NCBI GenBank assembly: GCA_964016885.1 | Contig: OZ024740.1 | Span: 44,268,001 to 44,332,000 of the forward strand | Source of the DNA: Eledone cirrhosa | Lineage: Eukaryota | Length of the DNA stretch: 64,000 nucleotides | Reading direction: 5' to 3' | Shown: positions 54,157 to 64,000 of the stretch, one piece after another | Layout of the letters: each line of letters starts with the position of its first letter | Numbering within the stretch: position 1 is the stretch's first letter | Program-made: the position numbers and the translations under genes | Notes under the pieces: model-generated | What the model saw: the letters and a program-made list of their open reading frames with translations, nothing else | The model's database searches: none | Told to the model about the DNA's origin: nothing

Positions 54157-57100
54157 TCATCATCATCATCATCATCAACGTTTAACGTCCGTATTCCACG
54201 CTTGCATGGGTTTGGACGGGGGTAGTCCCACTTGAGGCAAGAGTGATTATCTTGCTCGCATAGGACTGTCTGGCAGGTTTTCTACAGTTGGATGCCCTTC
54301 CTAACACCAACCACATTTACAGTGTGGGTCTGGGAGGTTTTTACCGTGTTGCCTACACGGCCACATTACAGCGTGGACTGTGTGTTTTTTTGTCGTGACA
54401 CCTACACGATCTCATTTGTTTCGGCCTGGATGGCGCGGCACCAACATAACTTTACATAGAACGGGGTGGTGTGGATGGGGTGGGGGTGGTGGCGGGACGG
54501 GGTGTATTTTGTTAGAGATGCCTACTGGCAAGGCGGGTCTTCTCTGTTACTGAGTACCGCCAAAGGTCTCGGTCCAGTGACATTGTCTTGGAGAGGTGTA
54601 AGTGTGTGAGGTCGGAGTTTATCAGCTCGTCCCATGTTTTTCTAGGTCTGCCTATTCCGTGGCTACCGTCTATCTTTATTGCCCTGCACTTTGTTATACA
54701 GCTATCGACTTTCATGCGCATCACGTGTCCATACCAACGCAGCCTTCTCTCGAGTAAACAACATCTGATCCCTCTTATCTCTAATTTTTTCCTTAGTTCG
54801 TTTATGCTTTGCCGTTCACGTATATTACTGTTACACATCCAGCGGAGCATGCAAGCTTCGTTCCTCTCTAGTCTGCGTATATCCTCTGCACACAATGCCC
54901 AGGTCTCAATACCATGCAACATTGCTGTTCGTATGCAGGCATCGTACAACCTGCCTTTCATTTTTAGGGAGAACCCTTTAGCAGCTAATAGTGGTATAAG
55001 CTCTCTGAACTTTTTCCAACCAGTTCTGACTCTAGCTACAGTACTTTCAGAGCACCCTCCCCCACTGCTGATTTTATCGCCCAGGTAACGGAAGCTGTCC
55101 ACTATTTCTATAGAACCCTCTGCGCAATTGAAAGAGCTAGTATTTTGTGGGCACTTGCTGCTACTTATTGCACCAGAACACCGGCCACATGTAAAATCTA
55201 TGTTCTTAGTTAGCTTACCTGTGATCCCACTACATCTTTTATGCACCCATACTTTGCATTTAGGACAAAAAATGGAGTTTCTACCTACGCCTTTCCTACA
55301 CACCGAGCACGACCATTTCCCAGAAGGGACCGCCGCCTTGTTTTCTTTCCTACAAACTAGAACTTTGGTCTTAGCCAGGTTAATTTTAAGTCCTTTTGAC
55401 TCTAGGCCGTGCTTCCATGTTTGGAATTTCTTCTCTAGCTCGGCCATTGATTCCGCTATGAGTGTCAGGTCGTCTGCGTATAGGAGTTCCCATGGGCAGC
55501 CTGTCTTGAACTCCTCTGTTATAGCCTGAAGGGCAATAATAAATAGTAGGGGGCTGAGAACAGAGCCCTGATGAACGCCAACTTTTACGCTAAACTCTTC
55601 ACTATATTCGTTGTTAATTCTAACCTTGCTGACTGTTTCTTTATACATGGCTTGTATAGCCCTCACAAGCCATTCGTCAACGCCTAGTTTTCTAAGAGCC
55701 CACCAGATAATGGAGCGGGGGACTCTGTCGAAGGCTTTCTCCAGGTCGACAAAAGCTAAGTAGAGGGGTTTACCTTTAGCTAGGTACTTCTCCTGTAGTA
55801 GTCGTACTATGAAAAGAGCGTCTGTGGTGTTTTTGCCCGACACAAACCCGAACTGCATTTCATCTAGGTCAATTCTCTCTCTGATTAGTTGCGCTATTAC
55901 TTTTTCCGTGACCTTCATGACCTGGTCGATTAATTTAATGCCTCTATAGTTACTCCTATCTAGGGCGTCTCCTTTACCCTTATAACAGTTAACGATGATG
56001 CTGCTATGCCAGTCCTTCGGAACAACCCCATTCTGTACGACTTGGTTAACTATGCGGGTGACCATGGTGTGTCCCACCGTGCCAGATGCCTTCAGCATCT
56101 CAGCAACTATTTCCGAAGGCCCAGCCGCCTTACCCGTCTTCATATCCTTGATTGCCTTACTTATTATACTCCCCTCGACTAACACTGCTGGTCCCTCTAT
56201 CGGGTCGATATGGGGGAGACTGTCTTTCTCCCATTTATTCTCCTCATTTAGTAGCCTTTCATAGTGACACTTCCAAGCTACCTTCTTATCAGTGTCGGTG
56301 ATGGGAAGTATGCCATCATCGTTAAGTACACACTTCTCCCCGACAATATCACGGTTTTCCTTGACGCATTGCCTGGCAATCCTGAACACCTCACGTTTTT
56401 GGTCATCGCGTTGTAGAACATGCTTGAACCTTCTTTCCTCAGCTTCCCTTCTTGCTAAGTACACTTCTCTCCTAGCTTCCCTCCTGGCCACTTGATAGTC
56501 TACTCTACTTCCCCCATCCCGCCATACTTTCCAAGCCTGCTTTTTGGCCTTAATTGACCCCTCCACCCTACTGTTCCAACACCATGTTACTCTCCTCCTG
56601 CCTACAGGCCTGCTCCAGCCACAGACTTCGTCTGTCGCCAACAGCAGGTTTGCTTTCAGAAATTCCCACTGTCCCTCTATATTGTCCGATTCTAGATGCT
56701 CTTCCTTACTGTCGAAAGCATCAAGTAATATGCTTTGGAATTTATTTCTATCTGTGGGGATCCTTTAGTTTCCATATTTTCCTCCTGAGGATAGTCCTCT
56801 TCTGCTGTCGAGTACGTCTCGTCCTGACTATGAGGTCGCTAATTATCAGTCTATGTTGGGAGGTGCATTCTTCATGGGGGAGGGATTTAGTGTTTACAAC
56901 AGACACTCTGTCACGTCTTCTGGTAAGGATATAATCTACCTGGCTTGTGTGTTCCCCTGATCTATAGGTGATCAGGTGATTGTCACGTTTTTTGAAGTTA
57001 GTGTTACAGATAGTTAGGTTATTTGCATCACAGAATTCCAGGATTCTGGAGCCTTCCTCATTTCTAGTACCAAACCCATAGCCTCCATGGATTTCGTCGT

Positions 57101-57985
57101 AGCCGTCACAATGTTGTCCAACGTGACCATTTAGGTCGCCTGCAATAATTATATAGTCACTGTCAGATATTTGGGAGGTAGTTAGCAACAGTGTCTCATA
57201 GAATCTGTCTTTTATAGTGCCGGGCAGTCCGGATTGGGGTGCGTACGCAGATATTACTGTCACCGTAGTTCTATTGAGGACAAGTCTTATTTTAATTATT
57301 CTGTCGTTCACTCTATTTACGTCTATTATCTTATCTGCCCACTTTTCTGCTACCATGATTCCTACTCCACCCAGCCCATCGTCGTTTCCCACCCAGAAAA
57401 GCTTATAACATCGGTTTTTACCCTCAATGAATCTAGCAGACCCACCCCTCCACCTGGTCTCTTGAATACAACAAACATCGACCTCCGTACGTTCAAGCAT
57501 TTCTACAACCTCGTTAGCGCGACCCTTTAGGGTGCCTACATTTATGGTACCAACTCTGAAGTTTTGGGTTGCGTTTGGAGGGTGGGGGTGGTGGGGGGGC
57601 GGGGGGAGATAGGGTTACGTTAGCCATCCGCGGACGAAACAAAGAGGAGTGCTCGCATTCTCGTCCACGAGGTGAATTTGACTTTAACTTTGGCATTTTC
57701 GCTCTGAGCGTCTAGATTTTTCTCTCCCATCCACTCTCCAGGATTCCGCAGTCCGTCCATCCATCCATCCATCCATCAATCATATATCGAAGGCAACCGG
57801 GCAAGCGATAGTATAGGCCTCTGGCTTATGATTGATCCGCGTAATAATAATAATGGTGATGCGTGGGGGGGGGCTCTGGCTTATAATAATAATGGTGATG
57901 CGTGGGGGGGGGGGCTCTGGCTTATGATTGGTCCACGTATTAAGTATGGTGGTGTGTGGGGGCGGGTGGGAGGGGTGTGGGGTAG
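54157..57985 (-). mobile_element. Near full-length RTE-clade LINE (APE + RT with PHD insertion), 5'UTR to (TGA)n tail
   Basis: APE: FRVGTINVGTL, CIQETRW, SAYAPQ, AGDLNGHVG, QVDYIL, SQHRL. RT: NYRGIKL, QFGF, FVDLEKAFDRV, GVHQGSVLSP, LYADD. Tail (TGA)n then (TA)n at ~54150. Confidence 0.96.
54512..57696 (-). pseudogene. RTE ORF (~1060 aa) broken by two +1 frameshifts
   Basis: Removing one G from the run at 56756-56759 joins KLKDP to TDRNKFQ...LATDEVCG. Removing one from the G-rich run at ~57581-57606 joins the ATG at 57696 to the APE frame. Confidence 0.85.
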
Positions 57986-57987
57986 CT

Positions 57988-59260
57988 AGCTGGAAGGTTA
58001 TGAATGTTTAACAAGCGATTTAACAAAAAGCAAAACTGCAAGATTTGTTCTGTTCAATACGACAAAAACACCGTATTTAAACCTTAAATAGATAACAAAA
58101 AATACAGATTTCGGATTTTGCGAGATTGGATGTTTGGACTATGTACGAAATTGAGCGTGGAATAGATGGAGAAAAATTTGTACTTTACGATTTACATGAG
58201 TACACCGTAGTAGGAATAATTGAAGCAGCGGTGGATTGGCGAAAGTGAATATGTTTAACAAGCGATTTAACAAAAAGCAAAACTGCAAGATTTGTTCTGT
58301 TCAATACGACAAAAACACCGTATTTAAACCTTAAATAGATAACAAAAAATACAGATTTCGGATTTTGCGAGATTGGATGTTTGGACTATGTACGAAATTG
58401 AGCGTGGAATAGATGGAGAAAAATTTGTACTTTACGATTTACATGAGTACACCGTAGTAGGAATAATTGAAGCAGCGGTGGATTGGCGAAAGTGAATATG
58501 TTTAACAAGCGATTTAACAAAAAGCAAAACTGCAAGATTTGTTCTGTTCAATACGACAAAAACACCGTATTTAAACCTTAAATAGATAACAAAAAATACA
58601 GATTTCGGATTTTGCGAGATTGGATGTTTGGACTATGTACGAAATTGAGCGTGGAATAGATGGAGAAAAATTTGTACTTTACGATTTACATGAGTACACC
58701 GTAGTATGAATAATTGAAGCAGCGGTGGATTGGCGAAAGTGAATATGTTTAACAAGCGATTTAACAAAAAGCAAAACTGCAAGATTTGTTCTGTTCAATA
58801 CGACAAAAACACCGTATTTAAACCTTAAATAGATAACAAAAAATACAGATTTCGGATTTTGCGAGATTGGATGTTTGGACTATGTACGAAATTGAGCGTG
58901 GAATAGATGGAGAAAAATTTGTACTTTACGATTTACATGAGTACACCGTAGTAGGAATAATTGAAGCAGCGGTGGATTGGCGAAAGTGAATATGTTTAAC
59001 AAGCGATTTAACAAAAAGCAAAACTGCAAGATTTGTTCTGTTCAATACGACAAAAACACCGTATTTAAACCTTAAATAGATAACAAAAAATACAGATTTC
59101 GGATTTTGCGAGATTGGATGTTTGGACTATGTACGAAATTGAGCGTGGAATAGATGGAGAAAAATTTGTACTTTACGATTTACATGAGTACACCGTAGTA
59201 GGAATAATTGAAGCAGCGGTGGATTGGCGAAAGTGAATAAACATGAAGGAGAACTTATCT

Positions 59261-59327
<67 letters not shown>

Positions 59328-61376
59328 CTGAGAGAGAGAGAGATTGTGGCTGACCGCAGCCCCTCGTGGAGTAGCTGGAGGGTGAAGGGGTAGAGCGGAT
59401 TTTTTGACTTTCAAGTAGCATAATATATATATTTAAAGTAATTTATAAGAAGTAGAATGGGAAGGATTTTGTTTTTTGTTTGAGAATACGATAGAATTAA
59501 GGAATTGGACGATACGATAGAATTAAGAATGGGAAGGATTTTGTTTTTTTGTTTGGGGATACGATAGAATTAAGGAATTGGAGAATACGATAGAATTAAT
59601 GAATTGATGAGCTGGAAGGTTATGAATGTTTAACAAGCGATTTAAGAAAAAGCAAAACTGCAAGATTTGTTCTGTTCAATACGACAAAAACACCGTATTT
59701 AAACCTTAAATAGATAACAAAAAATACAGATTTCGGATTTTGCGAGATTGGATGTTTGGACTATGTACGAAATTGAGCGTGGAATAGATGGAGAAAAATT
59801 TGTACTTTACGATTTACATGAGTACACCGTAGTAGGAATAATTGAAGCAGCAGTGGATTGGCGAAAGTGAATATGTTTAACAAGCGATTTAAGAAAAAGC
59901 AAAACTGCAAGATTTGTTCTGTTCAATACGACAAAAACACCGTATTTAAACCTTAAATAGATAACAAAAAATACAGATTTCGGATTTTGCGAGATTGGAT
60001 GTTTGGACTATGTACGAAATTGAGCGTGGAATAGATGGAGAAAAATTTGTACTTTACGATTTACATGAGTGCACCGTAGTAGGAATAATTGAAGCAGCGG
60101 TGGATTGGCGAAAGTGAATATGTTTAACAAGCGATTTAACAAAAAGCAAAACTGCAAGATTTGTTCTGTTCAATACGACAAAAACACCGTATTTAAACCT
60201 TAAATAGATAACAAAAAATACAGATTTCGGATTTTGCGAGATTGGATGTTTGGACTATGTATGAAATTGTGCGTGGAATAGATGGAGAAAAATTGGTACT
60301 TTACGATTTACATGAGTACACCGTAGTAGGAATAATTGAAGCAGCGGTGGATTGGCGAAAGTGAATATATTTAACAAGCGATTTAAGAAAAAGCAAAACT
60401 GCAAGATTTGTTCTGTTCAATACGACAAAAACACCGTATTTAAACCTTAAATAGATAACAAAAAATACAGATTTCGGATTTTGCAAGATTGGATGTTTGG
60501 ACTATGTACGAAATTGAGCGTGGAATAGATGGAGAAAAATTTGTACTTTACGATTTACATGAGTACACCGTAGTAGGAATAATTGAAGCAGCGGTGGATT
60601 GGCGAAAGTGAATATGTTTAACAAGCGATTTAACAAAAAGCAAAACTGCAAGATTTGTTCTGTTCAATACGACAAAAACACCGTATTTAAACCTTAAATA
60701 GATAACAAAAAATACAGATTTCGGATTTTGCGAGATTGGATGTTTGGACTATGTACGAAATTGAGCGTGGAATAGATGGAGAAAAATTTGTACTTTACGA
60801 TTTACATGAGTACACCGTAGTATGAATAATTGAAGCAGCGGTGGATTGGCGAAAGTGAATATGTTTAACAAGCGATTTAACAAAAAGCAAAACTGCAAGA
60901 TTTGTTCTGTTCAATACGACAAAAACACCGTATTTAAACCTTAAATAGATAACAAAAAATACAGATTTCGGATTTTGCGAGATTGGATGTTTGGACTATG
61001 TACGAAATTGAGCGTGGAATAGATGGAGAAAAATTTGTACTTTACGATTTACATGAGTACACCGTAGTAGGAATAATTGAAGCAGCGGTGGATTGGCGAA
61101 AGTGAATATGTTTAACAAGCGATTTAACAAAAAGCAAAACTGCAAGATTTGTTCTGTTCAATACGACAAAAACACCGTATTTAAACCTTAAATAGATAAC
61201 AAAAAATACAGATTTCGGATTTTGCGAGATTGGATGTTTGGACTATGTACGAAATTGAGCGTGGAATAGATGGAGAAAAATTTGTACTTTACGATTTACA
61301 TGAGTACACCGTAGTAGGAATAATTGAAGCAGCGGTGGATTGGCGAAAGTGAATAAACATGAAGGAGAACTTATCT

Positions 61377-61433
<57 letters not shown>

Positions 61434-62984
61434 CTGAGAGAGAGATTGTGGCTGACCGCAGCCCCTCGTGGAGTAGCTGGAGGGTGAAGGGGTAGAGCGG
61501 ATTTTTTGACTTTCAAGTAGCATAATATATATATTTAAAGTAATTTATAAGAAGTAGAATGGGAAGGATTTTGTTTTTTGTTTGAGAATACGATAGAATT
61601 AAGGAATTGGACGATACGATAGAATTAAGAATGGGAAGGATTTTGTTTTTTTGTTTGGGGATACGATAGAATTAAGGAATTGGAGAATACGATAGAATTA
61701 ATGAATTGATGAGCTGGAAGGTTATGAATGTTTAACAAGCGATTTAAGAAAAAGCAAAACTGCAAGATTTGTTCTGTTCAATACGACAAAAACACCGTAT
61801 TTAAACCTTAAATAGATAACAAAAAATACAGATTTCGGATTTTGCGAGATTGGATGTTTGGACTATGTACGAAATTGAGCGTGGAATAGATGGAGAAAAA
61901 TTTGTACTTTACGATTTACATGAGTACACCGTAGTAGGAATAATTGAAGCAGCAGTGGATTGGCGAAAGTGAATATGTTTAACAAGCGATTTAACAAAAA
62001 GCAAAACTGCAAGATTTGTTCTGTTCAATACGACAAAAACACCGTATTTAAACCTTAAATAGATAACAAAAAATACAGATTTCGGATTTTGCGAGATTGG
62101 ATGTTTGGACTATGTACGAAATTGAGCGTGGAATAGATGGAGAAAAATTTGTACTTTACGATTTACATGAGTACACCGTAGTAGGAATAATTGAAGCAGC
62201 GGTGGATTGGCGAAAGTGAATATGTTTAACAAGCGATTTAACAAAAAGCAAAACTGCAAGATTTGTTCTGTTCAATACGACAAAAACACCGTATTTAAAC
62301 CTTAAATAGATAACAAAAAATACAGATTTCGGATTTTGCGAGATTGGATGTTTGGACTATGTATAAAATTGTGCGTGGAATAGATGGAGAAAAATTTGTA
62401 CTTTACGATTTACATGAGTACACCGTAGTAGGAATAATTGAAGCAGCGGTGGATTGGCGAAAGTGAATATGTTTAACAAGCGATTTAAGAAAAAGCAAAA
62501 CTGCAAGATTTGTTCTGTTCAATACGACAAAAACACCGTATTTAAACCTTAAATAGATAACAAAAAATACAGATTTCGGATTTTGCAAGATTGGATGTTT
62601 GGACTATGTACGAAATTGAGCGTGGAATAGATGGAGAAAAATTTGTACTTTACGATTTACATGAGTACACCGTAGTAGGAATAATTGAAGCAGCGGTGGA
62701 TTGGCGAAAGTGAATATGTTTAACAAGCGATTTAACAAAAAGCAAAACTGCAAGATTTGTTCTGTTCAATACGACAAAAACACCGTATTTAAACCTTAAA
62801 TAGATAACAAAAAATACAGATTTCGGATTTTGCGAGATTGGATGTTTGGACTATGTACGAAATTGAGCGTGGAATAGATGGAGAAAAATTTGTACTTTAC
62901 GATTTACATGAGTACACCGTAGTAGGAATAATTGAAGCAGCGGTGGATTGGCGAAAGTGAATAAACATGAAGGAGAACTTATCT

Positions 62985-63049
<65 letters not shown>

Positions 63050-63573
63050 CTGAGAGAGAGAGAGGGGGAAGGGGGAGAGAGGGAGAGAGATTGTGGCTGA
63101 CCGCAGCCCCTCGTGGAGTAGCTGGAGGGTGAAGGGGTAGAGCGGATTTTTTGACTTTCAAGTAGCATAATATATATATTTAAAGTAATTTATAAGAAGT
63201 AGAATGGGAAGGATTTTGTTTTTTGTTTGAGAATACGATAGAATTAAGGAATTGGACGATACGATAGAATTAAGAATGGGAAGGATTTTGTTTTTTTGTT
63301 TGGGGATACGATAGAATTAAGGAATTGGAGAATACGATAGAATTAATGAATTGATGAGCTGGAAGGTTATGAATGTTTAACAAGCGATTTAAGAAAAAGC
63401 AAAACTGCAAGATTTGTTCTGTTCAATACGACAAAAACACCGTATTTAAACCTTAAATAGATAACAAAAAATACAGATTTCGGATTTTGCGAGATTGGAT
63501 GTTTGGACTATGTACGAAATTGAGCGTGGAATAGATGGAGAAAAATTTGTACTTTACGATTTACATGAGTACA

Positions 63574-63576
<3 letters not shown>
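57988..63576. repeat. Higher-order tandem array: 247-bp units in blocks of 5, 7, 5 and a partial unit, separated by a ~370-410-bp linker
   Basis: ATGTTTAACAAGCG at 58004, 58251, 58498 and onward. Linkers at ~59239-59625, ~61355-61727 and ~62963-63372 contain (TA)n(TG)n(GA)n. Ends in (TA)n. Confidence 0.97.
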
Positions 63577-63615
<39 letters not shown>

Positions 63616-64000
63616 AATTTTTTTATATCTAATGATATACGGTATGTTTACAAATAAATATTTGAAAAGCCTTTGAGCTATGAATATTGAAAAGCTGATG
63701 GCTAGTGTTGTCTATTAGATTCCACCAACAGGACAGTGCTTCCCCTGCCTTGCTCTCTGCTGGAATTTTAAATAAGCGAAAATATATAGATTTTTTCAAT
63801 ATGTACATTGGCTGATTACCCTCATTTGCATATGGAGCTGACAAGCTGGCTCAGCATGAAATTTGAATTAAAGTTTTCACTCTGACATAGCTGTATACAT
63901 ATAATTATGTGAATTTAGTATATATATATATATATATATAATATATTTAGAAACACACAGATACATGCGGACACACACATATATACATGAATGCATCCGC

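Noticed and set aside
54588-57530. + strand ORFs over the RTE
   Set aside because: Antisense shadows of the RTE coding sequence.
59345-59400. HDV/CPEB3-like ribozyme in the array linker (CGCAGCCCCT)
   Set aside because: Only a short word match; I could not build the nested double pseudoknot by eye.
57988-63576. CRISPR-like or snRNA/5S gene array
   Set aside because: Units are contiguous with no unique spacers, the context is eukaryotic, and I recognise no RNA-gene motif.
63629-63844. Possible upstream obscurin exon
   Set aside because: No Ig, FnIII or kinase similarity and no clear phase-2 donor; the preceding exon is probably outside the window.

Overview
AT-rich, microsatellite-dense animal DNA. 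The repeat landscape and genes suggest a cephalopod (octopus-like) genome, which is an inference. Two convergent spliced genes are present: the last three exons of an ANKRD33B-like ankyrin-repeat gene (+; 278-407, 1195-1335, 23500-24026) and the last four exons of an obscurin/UNC-89-like gene (-; C-terminal pseudokinase plus a long Ser-rich tail, 44221-51239). Introns and the intergenic space hold tRNA-type SINEs, RTE and CR1/L2 LINE fragments, a near full-length RTE LINE with a PHD finger inside its RT region, a 5'-truncated Penelope-like element (PLE), MITEs, a 13.5 x 615-bp tandem array and a 247-bp higher-order array abutting the RTE 5' end. The main hidden signal is a set of about eight sequence-unrelated small elements in (TA)n tracts. 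They form fold-back or tandem structures and carry minimal hammerhead-ribozyme cores. Two families have the compensatory U3-A8 core, and one forms a 424-bp retrozyme-like tandem. Most short ORFs in the supplied track are microsatellite artefacts.
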